Positions 37,109 to 45,835 of a DNA stretch of 54,647 nucleotides are shown here, piece by piece (position 1 is the first letter of the stretch; every line of letters starts with the position of its first letter). Below the pieces are notes generated by a model. That model saw only the letters and a list, made by a program, of their open reading frames with translations, was not told the origin of the DNA and ran no database searches. Source of the stretch: a virus (Duplodnaviria > Caudoviricetes); IMG/VR virus record IMGVR_UViG_3300048589_001642, positions 1-54,647 of that record. One strand, written 5' to 3'. A program made the translations under genes and the position numbers.

Positions 37109-38880
37109 CGCAGGGGCGCCGGCTCGGCCTCGAAGAGCGTGCGGGCCGCGTGAGTCTCGACGGCGAACGCCTGGACCTCGTCGAAGCCGGCGGCGCGGAA
37201 GCATCCCGTGGCGCCCGCGACGAGCGCCGATGGCTCGAGGCCGAGGTCATCGATCGCCTGCTGCCCGAGAGTCGCGCAGACCGACGCGCGGTCCACGCCG
37301 CGTAGATCCGGACGGGTCGAGGCGGGCTCGCGCTGTAGGCGGGTGAGGACCCGAGCGCCTGCGGCCTCGCGGCATCGGGCCAGGGCGACACGGACGGCGC
37401 CGGCGGTGACGGCCGCCTCTCCCCCGTCCTCTGTCTCGGGCGGCCCCTCGTCCACGTTGCCCGGCCCCGCGGGCGGCTCGTCGGGCTCGGAGGGCGCCGC
37501 TCCCGCGCCGGTAGGCTCGCCGCCCATCGCCGCGCCGAAGTCCCCGAGCTTGACGCCGATGCGGCGGTTGAGCTCGTCCGGCTTCGGCGCGTCGTCGTCG
37601 TCCCATCCCATCGACTCGCGCAGGGTCGCGTCCGAGATCACGAGGCGGTCGTGCGCCTGCTGCGCGTCCTCGGAGCGGTCGGGCTTCGTGACGAGCTCGG
37701 CCGCGTCGTACCAGACCCGATAGTCCCCGCCGGCCGTGAGGGGGGCGAGGTAGGCCGAGGTCAGGTCGCCGCACATCTGCTCGACGAGCGGCTGTAGATG
37801 CCCCTCCCACATTGAGTCGCTGATCTGCCACGCGCTCCAGTGGTTCGCGTCGGCCATCCCCTTGATGACCTCGGGCGGCATGTCGAGGCCCTGCCCGATG
37901 CGCTGGATGACGTGGACCTCGCGCTCGGTCTCGGGGTAGGTCGCCGCGGGGTCGACGAAGGTGATGTGCTGGATCTTGTCGAGGTACTCGGCGGGGCCGC
38001 GGAAGATGAGCGGGACCGCGGCGGCGGCGGAGTCCTCGTCGGCGATCGCCGTGCCGGCCGTCTCGATGAGGTCGGTCATCAGAGGATCGACGCCGGGGTC
38101 CTCGTCCATGCCCTCTTCGGTCGCGCCCTCGGAGAACTCGTCGGGGAGGACGAGCAGTCCGGCGGAGGCGAGGCGCGATCGGGCCCTCGAGCGGACGGCT
38201 CGCGGCAGGAGGCGGAGCTCCTCGCAGAGGTCGAGGACCGCCATCATCGGGGCCTCGGGGTCCTCGGAGAATCGGGGATGAGGTCGCCAGAGCCGGAGGG
38301 CGACGGCCTGCCCGGCTTGCGGCGGCATGGTCGAGGCGGGCTCGTACTCGCGCTCGGATCCCCGACCGTCGCGACTCGTGCGCCGGATGATCTTCCCGTT
38401 CTTGAGCTGGACCTCGTCGGCGCTCAGAATCTCCCAGACCTCCTCGCCGTCGAGGATGTGGCCGAAGAGGTAGTTCTCGCCGGCGACGAACATCGTCTCG
38501 GCGTAGTTGCGCTGGAGGTCGCCCCGGTCGCCGCGCGTGCCGCGGACCTTCTCGAAGGTCTCGAAGGCCGGGCCGGAGTCCACCTCCTCCCAGCCATCCT
38601 TCGTGCGCTGCTGCACCAGGAGCCGGACGCGCGCGACGTTGGCGCCGAAGAAGTCCGCGGCGTAGCGGATCTCTCCGAGGGTGTCGTAGTAGTCCCACGC
38701 TCTCGCCTGCCAGGCGGGGCGCTTGGCGCCCTTGGGCGCGAGACCCTCGCGGAGCCTCGTCGCGGCGGCGGTGAAGGAGCGGCGCGCGACCCGGACCGGA
38801 TCGGCGCCGCCCTGCCGCGCTGGAGCCGCGGAGCGCCTGACCAATCCCGCCGCGGTCAGGGCCCGTTCGGCGACCGGCAC
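37105..38880 (-). CDS. Portal protein
   Basis: WQARAWDYYDTLGEIRYA, WRPHP, GLDMPPE...ANHWSAW; position. Confidence 0.85.
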   Translation of the reverse strand: MPVAERALTAAGLVRRSAAPARQGGADPVRVARRSFTAAATRLREGLAPKGAKRPAWQARAWDYYDTLGEIRYAADFFGANVARVRLLVQQRTKDGWEEVDSGPAFETFEKVRGTRGDRGDLQRNYAETMFVAGENYLFGHILDGEEVWEILSADEVQLKNGKIIRRTSRDGRGSEREYEPASTMPPQAGQAVALRLWRPHPRFSEDPEAPMMAVLDLCEELRLLPRAVRSRARSRLASAGLLVLPDEFSEGATEEGMDEDPGVDPLMTDLIETAGTAIADEDSAAAAVPLIFRGPAEYLDKIQHITFVDPAATYPETEREVHVIQRIGQGLDMPPEVIKGMADANHWSAWQISDSMWEGHLQPLVEQMCGDLTSAYLAPLTAGGDYRVWYDAAELVTKPDRSEDAQQAHDRLVISDATLRESMGWDDDDAPKPDELNRRIGVKLGDFGAAMGGEPTGAGAAPSEPDEPPAGPGNVDEGPPETEDGGEAAVTAGAVRVALARCREAAGARVLTRLQREPASTRPDLRGVDRASVCATLGQQAIDDLGLEPSALVAGATGCFRAAGFDEVQAFAVETHAARTLFEAEPAPLR

Positions 38881-38958
38881 CTACCCGCCCGAGGGGGTCG
38901 GCTCGGGAGCCGGCTTCGCAGGCTTCGGCCTACGCGATCCTCCACATCCACAACCCAT
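38881..38958 (-). CDS. 25-aa MGCGC peptide (not in ORF track)
   Basis: MGCGCGGSRRPKPAKPAPEPTPSGG; GGGGAGGG RBS; its TAG abuts the portal GTG. Confidence 0.6.
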   Translation of the reverse strand: MGCGCGGSRRPKPAKPAPEPTPSGG

Positions 38959-39022
38959 AGCGAGCCCTCCCCGTCAACGTGTCGAGTGACGGGTTGATGC
39001 TAACGGGGAGGGCGGGTACTCG

Positions 39023-39244
39023 CTAGGCGGCGGTCATCAGGAACCTCTGCGCCCGGTCCTGCGCGCTTCGGAGGGTCCGGGCGACCTCCGGGTCGGCCGT
39101 TCGGCGGGCGTGGTCGAGCGCCGACTCGGCCGACTCCAGGGCTCCTATGGTCTCCCCGAGAACTGCGGCGATCTCGAGGAGGCAGGCGGAGAAGGGCGGC
39201 CCGAGATCGGCGGCGAGGGCGTGGAGCTCATCTGTTCGGCTCAT
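39023..39244 (-). CDS. Hypothetical protein with upstream SOS box
   Basis: 73-aa ORF; TACGAT 8 nt before ATG. Confidence 0.6.
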   Translation of the reverse strand: MSRTDELHALAADLGPPFSACLLEIAAVLGETIGALESAESALDHARRTADPEVARTLRSAQDRAQRFLMTAA

Positions 39245-39265
39245 GGCGCGGAATCGTAGCGCCTG

Positions 39266-39279
39266 CGAACGTGTGTTCT
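39266..39279. promoter_or_regulatory. SOS (LexA) box
   Basis: CGAAC-GTGT-GTTCT; core 12-mer identical to the 8436 site. Confidence 0.7.
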
Positions 39280-39296
39280 CGATCCGCCGGAATCGC

Positions 39297-39569
39297 CTAG
39301 GGCACCACGACTTCGCCGTCGATGAGCGAGGCGACCCGCTCGGCCCACGCCTTGAGCGCTTCGGCGTTGCCGATCAGGCGCTCGGGCACCACGACCACGA
39401 CGACCCCGTTCCCCTCCAGGGCGAGGCCCTGAGCATTGATCGTGCGGGCGACCGTCGGTCCCTCGGGAAGATCGACGAACCGATCGCCGCTCGTCCCGGC
39501 GTAGACCTCGAGACCCACGCGGGCGTTTCCCCATCCGATCCAGCCGGGGATGACCTTGGGACGGTTCAC
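39297..39569 (-). CDS. Hypothetical protein
   Basis: GTGA coupling; MNRPKVIPGWIGW... Confidence 0.55.
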   Translation of the reverse strand: MNRPKVIPGWIGWGNARVGLEVYAGTSGDRFVDLPEGPTVARTINAQGLALEGNGVVVVVVPERLIGNAEALKAWAERVASLIDGEVVVP

Positions 39570-39898
39570 GACGGGTCGAGCCTCGCCGTCACCAGGGCCG
39601 CGCCGGCGGAGACGGCCCACGGAAGGGCGAAGGCGATCGCCCACATCGGAGAGACCCACCACCCGGCGACGAGGGCGAGGGAGATCCAATATCCAAGACA
39701 GAAGGGGCAGGCCCAGAGATCGGCGATCCACTTCGGGCGGCGGGCCCCGGTCGGGTGACCCTCGTCGTCCTCCCCGGTGAGCCAGGTCCGGGCGGCCATC
39801 ATCGGGGGGAAGGAGTCGAGGGCGAGGAAGCGGTACAGGCGGTATGCCGCGAGGACGAGGAGGATCAGCTCGACGGCGGTCGGGGTCGCGAGGGTCAC
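39566..39898 (-). CDS. DUF1360-like membrane protein
   Basis: LAAYRLYRFLALD...CPFCLGYW. Confidence 0.8.
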   Translation of the reverse strand: MTLATPTAVELILLVLAAYRLYRFLALDSFPPMMAARTWLTGEDDEGHPTGARRPKWIADLWACPFCLGYWISLALVAGWWVSPMWAIAFALPWAVSAGAALVTARLDPS

Positions 39899-40380
39899 AG
39901 GCCCGACCTCCGCGCTCGCTCGACGCCCCAGAACTCGGCGGGGCGCTCGGCCTCGATCACGCCGTCGTCGTGCCAGCGGACCCCGCGCCCGTCGAGGAGG
40001 CGGGTGACGTGCGGGCCGAGGTGACTGGCGCCAAGCTCGCAGACCATCGCCTCGCGCTCGACTACTCCGTCCGCGGTCGCGCCGAGGACGATCGACCGCT
40101 CGGCCCCACAGTGAAGGAACCCGTCCGCGCCGAGCCGGTAGTCCCCTCGCCCCGCGAGCTCTTCGCGGAGATCGGCCATGTCGGCGACCTCCCCCTCTTC
40201 CTCCTCGACGTAGGCCAGCGCTTCGGCCGCGGCGGCGTGCGCGCGGGAGACGGCGGCGACGGCCATCGCGCAGGCGTTGGACTCCTCGACGCTTTGCGCC
40301 GTGTGATCGTGGAAGCTGAGGATGCGGCCGGCCTGCTCGGCGCGACGCCCCGCCTCCTCGGCGTGTTCGCGTGCGTTCAT
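39895..40380 (-). CDS. Hypothetical protein
   Basis: ATGA coupling; C...CEL...H.GPH motif. Confidence 0.65.
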   Translation of the reverse strand: MNAREHAEEAGRRAEQAGRILSFHDHTAQSVEESNACAMAVAAVSRAHAAAAEALAYVEEEEGEVADMADLREELAGRGDYRLGADGFLHCGAERSIVLGATADGVVEREAMVCELGASHLGPHVTRLLDGRGVRWHDDGVIEAERPAEFWGVERARRSGL

Positions 40381-41696
40381 CGGGAAAGCCTCCGGGTCAT
40401 CGCCGAGGATCGGCGCGTGGTGGATCCGCCGGCGCCCGAGAGGGAGCCGGTCGGGCGGGACGCAGATGCGGGACGCTGCGTCGCGAGCTTGAGCTTCGAG
40501 AGGGCCCAGACCATCGCGTCGAGGCGGCCCGGGGAGGGGAGGCCGGAGTCGGGGACCCATGACGTGAGCTCCTCGCAGAGGGCGTCGAGGCCGGGGGCGA
40601 GGGCGATCCTGCCCTGCTCGAAGAGCGCCGAGATCGGCTCGGCTCGGGTCTGCTTGCCGCGGCTCGCGCGGACGGGCGAGTAGGGGATCCGCGAGCGGAC
40701 CGACCGGATCGTGTCCTCGACCATTTCCCCGCCGTTGTTGACCTCGGCGACGATGCGGTCGGCCTCCAGGTCGTCGAAGAGCTTGACCGCGCGGGCGGCC
40801 CACTCCCTCGGGCGGACGCCCTGGATCGAGCGGTCCTCGACGACGGCCCCGATCCCGTCCGCGCGGCGGCCGGCGGCGACGATGCCCGTCACGTCGGCAT
40901 CCTCGCCGGAGGTCACGGCCGGGTCGATGCCGACGTAGAGCCGCGAGAAGGAGGGGTCGGGCGTCCAGAGCGCTCGGGCCGCCTCGATCATCGCCCACGT
41001 CCAGAGCGCGCCCTCGACGTCGTCGAGGAGCTCGCCGTAGAGCTCCTGCCGGCCGAGGCGCGTGCCCTTGTACCGGGCGAGGAGCTTCTCCTTGATCGCG
41101 GCGGGAAGGTGAGGATTGTCGAAGATCGTCCCCCGCGTGATGGCGGTCGACGGGGCCTTGACGAGCGAGCGGTAGAAGGGGAACGGCCGCGGGGTCGTGG
41201 ACATCACCGAGACGGGATGCTCGCCGAGCCGGAGCCCGAACTCGGCCTGCTCCCAGGCGGCCTTGAGCTGAGGATTCGCCGCCCCCTCCTCCCACCAGTC
41301 GATGTGACGATTACCGGAGGCGCGCAGGCGCTCGACGTCGCGCGGGGTCGGGGTCCCGATACAGAGGGCGACAGAGCCGTTAGGCCAGTGGACGTGAAGG
41401 CCGCCGGCCTGCGTGACGACCCGGACCTCGGGGTCGATCGACTTGAGCCCGGAGTGGCCGTCGAGGCAGGACTCGACGACGTCGCCGAGGGTCGGGCCGA
41501 TGATCCTCCCGCGATGGCCGGGATTGGTCCGCATGTGCTCGGCGTAGAAGCGCGCGGCCCCCTCGGTCTTCCCCGAGCCTCGGCCGCCCTCGGCGATCCA
41601 GAGATCCCAGAGGCCGGGGGGCGGGGTCTGATGCGGCTCGAGGGGCGGCCGGCCCTCGGGGGCCCAGGGCGGGGGGTTGAGGATGTCGGCGGCCAT
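40377..41696 (-). CDS. Terminase large subunit
   Basis: GGRGSGKT, WWEE, STTP, GTRLGRQELYGE, VGIDPA, EVNNGG, K..RAEP. Confidence 0.95.
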   Translation of the reverse strand: MAADILNPPPWAPEGRPPLEPHQTPPPGLWDLWIAEGGRGSGKTEGAARFYAEHMRTNPGHRGRIIGPTLGDVVESCLDGHSGLKSIDPEVRVVTQAGGLHVHWPNGSVALCIGTPTPRDVERLRASGNRHIDWWEEGAANPQLKAAWEQAEFGLRLGEHPVSVMSTTPRPFPFYRSLVKAPSTAITRGTIFDNPHLPAAIKEKLLARYKGTRLGRQELYGELLDDVEGALWTWAMIEAARALWTPDPSFSRLYVGIDPAVTSGEDADVTGIVAAGRRADGIGAVVEDRSIQGVRPREWAARAVKLFDDLEADRIVAEVNNGGEMVEDTIRSVRSRIPYSPVRASRGKQTRAEPISALFEQGRIALAPGLDALCEELTSWVPDSGLPSPGRLDAMVWALSKLKLATQRPASASRPTGSLSGAGGSTTRRSSAMTRRLSR

Positions 41697-41725
41697 CGCC
41701 CACGGGTTCGGGGGGGCGAGGGTCG

Positions 41726-42424
41726 CTATGACACGACCGCCAGCGGATCGCCGACGTCGATGCCGCGGAGCGCCTCGTCGGCCGCACCGATAGCCGCGCG
41801 CCGGGCGCCATCGACGAGCGCACGGACCGCGGGCTCCTCCAGCGTGCCGGTGACCCCGGCCGCCATCGCCGACAGAGCGGCCGTGACCGCCGCGTCGACC
41901 ACCCGGGCGAGCGCCTGACCCTGCGCCTCGGCGATCCGCACCCGGCGCTCATCGACGCCCGCGTCGAGGCAGAGCTTCGAGTAGCGGGCGAGCCGGTCGC
42001 GCTCGGCGTCGTAGATCTTGACGAGGACGTTCTCGCGCTCGGGGATCGTGACGTACTCGCCCTCGATCGCAGGGAGGACGATCCCGTCGCGGTCGATGTC
42101 GGGGATGAGGCGGCCGACGACCATCCGATAGACCTGGACGTTCGCTGCTGCTTCGCGCACCAGGCCGACGAGCGCGTCGAGCGGCTGCACGTCGATCGCT
42201 CCGCCGAGGCGCGCGACCTCTCGCACGGCCTCCCCTACCGCCCGCCGCTGCTTTGCCTTTGCCTTCGCCTGCGGCGAGCTGCCGCCGTGCATCCGGCAGA
42301 CGAGCGCGCCCTTCATCGGAGGGTTCCCGCAGGGCTCGCCGGTCCGCTTGGATCGGGCCGTGCATTTGCGCTCGGCCGGGGGATGCATGGGGTCGCGCGG
42401 GCCGCGTCGATTGCTAGGCGTCAT
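41726..42424 (-). CDS. Terminase small subunit with HGGxSTG-like domain
   Basis: CTARSKRTGEPC...CRMHGGSSP; AGVDERRVRIAE; position. Confidence 0.75.
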   Translation of the reverse strand: MTPSNRRGPRDPMHPPAERKCTARSKRTGEPCGNPPMKGALVCRMHGGSSPQAKAKAKQRRAVGEAVREVARLGGAIDVQPLDALVGLVREAAANVQVYRMVVGRLIPDIDRDGIVLPAIEGEYVTIPERENVLVKIYDAERDRLARYSKLCLDAGVDERRVRIAEAQGQALARVVDAAVTAALSAMAAGVTGTLEEPAVRALVDGARRAAIGAADEALRGIDVGDPLAVVS

Positions 42425-42651
42425 CGACCCTCACCCGACACCCGCGCCATGATCCGCTGGTACTCGCTCGACCGCATCAGGTAGAGCCATGCGAGCCCTT
42501 CGTCGCCTCGCGCGCGAGCGTCTAGCGCCCGCTCGGCGCACGCCCAGGCCGCAGACCACGCGCAGAGAGCCGCCACGCGGCGATGCCCGTCGGCGTAGAG
42601 CCACGGGCCGCCCATCCCGCGCGGACCAACGTCGGCATCGCGCTCGCTCAC
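42421..42651 (-). CDS. Hypothetical protein
   Basis: Coupled at both ends. Confidence 0.5.
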   Translation of the reverse strand: MSERDADVGPRGMGGPWLYADGHRRVAALCAWSAAWACAERALDARARGDEGLAWLYLMRSSEYQRIMARVSGEGR

Positions 42652-42920
42652 GCGCTCATCGCCTCCGCGCCCGGCTCACCCTCCCGCCGGGACGGCCCCG
42701 GTCCCGGCGCAGGGTAGGAGGGCGGCAGGCCGAGGCGAAGCTCGCAGTCGCGGATGCGGAAGCGGCAGTCGGTCAGTTCGTCGGGGAGCCGGCGCTCCAG
42801 CTCGCGCAGGCGCTCGAGCCGGATGCGGAGGGTGTCAAGGTTGCGGGCCTCCAGGTCCCAGGCGATCGAGCCGGGGCGGGGGTCGCGGGGGAGGTGGCCG
42901 TTGGCGACGCTCGGGGTCAT
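42648..42920 (-). CDS. Hypothetical coiled-coil protein
   Basis: ATGA coupling. Confidence 0.6.
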   Translation of the reverse strand: MTPSVANGHLPRDPRPGSIAWDLEARNLDTLRIRLERLRELERRLPDELTDCRFRIRDCELRLGLPPSYPAPGPGPSRREGEPGAEAMSA

Positions 42921-43126
42921 ATCCTCACGACCTCTCCGACGCCGAGGCACCACGGGCAGCGGCCGGGCTCCAGGCCGCCGAGGCCGTCGTCGGTGAAGAC
43001 GACGCGCTGGCCCCAACATCCCGAGCAGGTCGTCCAGACGATGACCTCGGGGTCTGCTTCGGGCAGGGCGCGGCGGCCCGGGGGGGTGAACCGAGCGAGG
43101 AGGCGTTCGTCGGCGCTCACGATCAC
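42917..43126 (-). CDS. CxxCxG zinc-finger mini-protein
   Basis: CSGCWGQ...CPWCLGVG. Confidence 0.7.
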   Translation of the reverse strand: MIVSADERLLARFTPPGRRALPEADPEVIVWTTCSGCWGQRVVFTDDGLGGLEPGRCPWCLGVGEVVRI

Positions 43127-43362
43127 AGCCGCCGGACCGACTGGAGATCGGAGGATGGAGGCCATTGGTCGCGCCACAGCTCCAGCGATCGGCGCTTTCG
43201 GAGGCGACGGACGGCCTGATCGAAGTCCAGGTCGCTCGGGACCTCGGGGAGGGTCTCGCGGAGGGTCTTGACCGGGACCCATCCAGCGACCGCGACGCGG
43301 GCGAGGCGCTCGATCGCGACGAGGATCTGCGACTCGATGATGGACGGAGTCGAGGGGGTCAT
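43123..43362 (-). CDS. Winged-helix-like small protein
   Basis: ILVAIERL...WVPVKTLRETL...FDQAVRRL. Confidence 0.55.
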   Translation of the reverse strand: MTPSTPSIIESQILVAIERLARVAVAGWVPVKTLRETLPEVPSDLDFDQAVRRLRKRRSLELWRDQWPPSSDLQSVRRL

Positions 43363-43940
43363 GCGGCGACCTGCCTCTCACGCGCGTCGGCCAGGGTGGC
43401 GAGGACCTCGGCGCGGCGTGCGGGGTCGTGGCCGATGCAGTAGTCCGATCCGGCGAGGGCGGGGCGCCGGCAGGGGCGGCCCTTGCTCGGGTAGGTCTGC
43501 TTCACCCCGGAGCAGGTCCGGTCGGCGATCTCCCCTCGGGCGACGCGCATCCGCCGGATGTGGTCCGGGTCGCGCGACTTGCGCGGCGCCAGGCCGTGGG
43601 TGGTCGACGCCGCGACGGTCGCCTCGATCCGCTCGCGGCGCGGCAGGCCGAGGCGGACGAACTGACCGTGCAGGGCGTTCGCGCACGCTTTCTCGGAGGC
43701 GTACCGGGTGCGCGGGAAGATGCGCTTCGCGCACCCCCGGAGGCTGAGGCCCTCGGCGTAGAGGCGGTGGACCGCGCGGACCTGAGCGTCGGTGAGGTAG
43801 CCGTGGACGCCTGCGGGCTTGCCCTTCCTGCGGGGAGCGTGGGCGAGCGTCGGTGTGTCGCACCAGACGCACGCGCCGGAGGGCATGGGCGTCACTTCCT
43901 CGACGCACGTTGGGCACCAGGCGTAGGGCGGCGGGTTCAC
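43359..43940 (-). CDS. Zn-ribbon / HTH / Zn-finger regulator (late-activator candidate)
   Basis: CPTC..CVWC; LTDAQVRAVHRLYAEGLSLRGCA; C..C..CIGH. Confidence 0.65.
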   Translation of the reverse strand: MNPPPYAWCPTCVEEVTPMPSGACVWCDTPTLAHAPRRKGKPAGVHGYLTDAQVRAVHRLYAEGLSLRGCAKRIFPRTRYASEKACANALHGQFVRLGLPRRERIEATVAASTTHGLAPRKSRDPDHIRRMRVARGEIADRTCSGVKQTYPSKGRPCRRPALAGSDYCIGHDPARRAEVLATLADARERQVAA

Positions 43941-44143
43941 GCGGTGCCGCCGATGGTCGTCTGACGCGCGGCGGCGGTTCGCTCGCGCTGGACTCGCCAG
44001 TAGGCCGCGGCGACGTGGCCGGCGCGCAGGCCGAGCAGTCCGGCGACGACGTGGAAGGCTTCGGTCCGGGTCGCCCCGGAGCGCATGGCGTCCTCGACGC
44101 GGTCGTGCATCTGATCGCGCTTGCGCTGCTCGACGTTCGTCAT
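43937..44143 (-). CDS. Small HTH-like protein
   Basis: GATRTEAFHVVAGLLGLRAGHVAAAYWR. Confidence 0.6.
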   Translation of the reverse strand: MTNVEQRKRDQMHDRVEDAMRSGATRTEAFHVVAGLLGLRAGHVAAAYWRVQRERTAAARQTTIGGTA

Positions 44144-44817
44144 CGAGCAGCCGCCGCCAGCATGGCCGCGCGGCCCCCGCACGACGCCCCCCAGATCGCA
44201 CGCCGCCACGACCGCGCATCCCGCGTCCGCCACGTCTTCGACCCGGTAGCCCGCGCTGAGGCCGCCCTGATCGCCGCCGTGTCGGCCGGGTAGGAGGCCG
44301 GCGAGAACATCCGAGCTCGCCAGAAGCGCCACCCCCAGGCCGGCATCAGGTCGGCCGTGAGGGCGTCGACGATCCCCTCCTCGACGTTGATCCCTCCCGG
44401 CTGCTCGCCCCAGCACCGGACGGTGTCGCGGCGGTGCAGCAGCTCGTGCACCACCGATGCCGCGCCCGGCGAGTAGAAGCGCCCGCGGTGCTCCAGGTCC
44501 GGCGTCCGGTCGAGCAGGTACTCGGCGAGATACGGGCGCAGACGGACGTGGTCCGGCTCGGCGAAGCCCACCCGGTACTCGGCATCGTTGAGTTCGTCCA
44601 TGTCGTTGGTGATGAGGAAGGGCCGCGGGTCGATCGACGCGCGCAGGGTCTCCTCGAGCCACGCCCGGGTGCGGTCGGCGATCGCCTGGACCTGATCAGG
44701 CATCGCCGGCGATGCCAGGGGCGGCGCCTTCGGCTCGCCGGGATGGGCGGTCGCGACGCTGGGCACCACTGCCCAGCAGGCCGCGCAGGCGATGATGGCA
44801 CCGATGGTCGCCTTCAT
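44140..44817 (-). CDS. Secreted zinc metallopeptidase-like protein
   Basis: Signal peptide ending ATA; VVHELLH plus downstream EEG. Confidence 0.7.
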   Translation of the reverse strand: MKATIGAIIACAACWAVVPSVATAHPGEPKAPPLASPAMPDQVQAIADRTRAWLEETLRASIDPRPFLITNDMDELNDAEYRVGFAEPDHVRLRPYLAEYLLDRTPDLEHRGRFYSPGAASVVHELLHRRDTVRCWGEQPGGINVEEGIVDALTADLMPAWGWRFWRARMFSPASYPADTAAIRAASARATGSKTWRTRDARSWRRAIWGASCGGRAAMLAAAAR

Positions 44818-45065
44818 CGGTTCGCCCTCCTGGACTCCCGGACGATCTTCCGCCGGGCCCTCCGTCGTGATGCGCGGCGGGACAGCGCCTCGGACGCGGC
44901 GATGCGGCCCTCGGCGCGGCGGAGCGCGAGCCGCTCGCTGATGCGCCGACGAGCCATGCGCGCGAGCGCCTGCTCGCGGTAGACCCTGTCGCGCATCGTC
45001 GCGCCGATCATGGGCCAGTCGATGCGGCCGGTCGGGTACTGGTGGCGGCGCCGACCGCCGCTCAC
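44814..45065 (-). CDS. Small Arg-rich protein
   Basis: GTGA and ATGA coupling. Confidence 0.45.
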   Translation of the reverse strand: MSGGRRRHQYPTGRIDWPMIGATMRDRVYREQALARMARRRISERLALRRAEGRIAASEALSRRASRRRARRKIVRESRRANR

Positions 45066-45835
45066 GGCGTCACCTCGATCATCCGGTCGAGCAGCGCGAG
45101 CGCCGACACCTGGAGCGCCTTGACCGTGGGGCGCAGAGCTTCCCCCGCGGCGTCCCCCGCGGCGTCCCCCGCGGCGTCCCCCGCGGCGGCCCTCGCGGCG
45201 TCCCACGCGGCGTCCCACGCGGCGTCCCACGCGGCGTCCCCCGCGGCTTCCCCCGCGGCGTCCCTCGCGGCGTCCCTCGCGGCGTCCCCCGCGGCGTCCC
45301 CCGCGGCGTCCCCCGCGGCGTCCCCCGCGGCGTCCCACGCGGCGTCCCCCGCGGCGTCCCTCGCGGCGTCCCCCGCGGCGTCCCCCGCGGCGTCCCACGC
45401 GGCGTCCCCCGCGGCGTCGACGCTCGGCTTCGCCTCGCGTGCGGTTTCGGTGCTCGTCAGCGCGACGAGCTGCTCCAGAGTGTGCGCCTGATCGTTGAGC
45501 CCGGCGAGCCGGAGCCACGCCGGGGTGTACTCGCGCACCAGCCAGTCCGTCGCCATCCAGGCGCGACGCTCCTCCACCCCGGCCGTGGAGCGCGTGCCCA
45601 CCAGGCGGGGGACGTAGGGCAGGAGGATCTGCCGATCCTCGTCGTCGAGCGAATCGTTCCACGACCGCAGGAACGCGCCGAGCACGGGGCAGGCCCACTC
45701 GGGGCTATCGCTCCAGGGTTCGCCCGCGACGTAGGCGACGGCCTCCATCACGCACGCCTCGAAGGCACCGTTCGGCTCGGAGTGCGCGCCGCGCCCGAGG
45801 CGCAGGTCGGTGGGGAGGGATCGGGTGGTCGCCAT
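45062..45835 (-). CDS. xDAA-repeat protein
   Basis: GAH...CVMEAVAYVAGEPWSD.P..ACPV N-domain; 23 tetrapeptide repeats; C-terminal helix. Confidence 0.9.
   Translation of the reverse strand: MATTRSLPTDLRLGRGAHSEPNGAFEACVMEAVAYVAGEPWSDSPEWACPVLGAFLRSWNDSLDDEDRQILLPYVPRLVGTRSTAGVEERRAWMATDWLVREYTPAWLRLAGLNDQAHTLEQLVALTSTETAREAKPSVDAAGDAAWDAAGDAAGDAARDAAGDAAWDAAGDAAGDAAGDAAGDAARDAARDAAGEAAGDAAWDAAWDAAWDAARAAAGDAAGDAAGDAAGEALRPTVKALQVSALALLDRMIEVTP
45140..45415. repeat. 12-bp coding tandem array, 23 units
   Basis: Same five unit types as 1..228. Confidence 0.98.

Noticed and set aside
12776-38883. Genome-wide TAG recoding
   Set aside because: TAGs mostly fall at natural protein ends followed by proper starts, and the long genes are uninterrupted
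45140-45415. Diversity-generating retroelement (variable positions AGG/GGG/TGG and GAC/GCC look adenine-centred)
   Set aside because: No reverse transcriptase in the window, GAC-to-GAA is not an A-to-N change, and the paralogs differ at non-A positions; an RT acting in trans cannot be excluded
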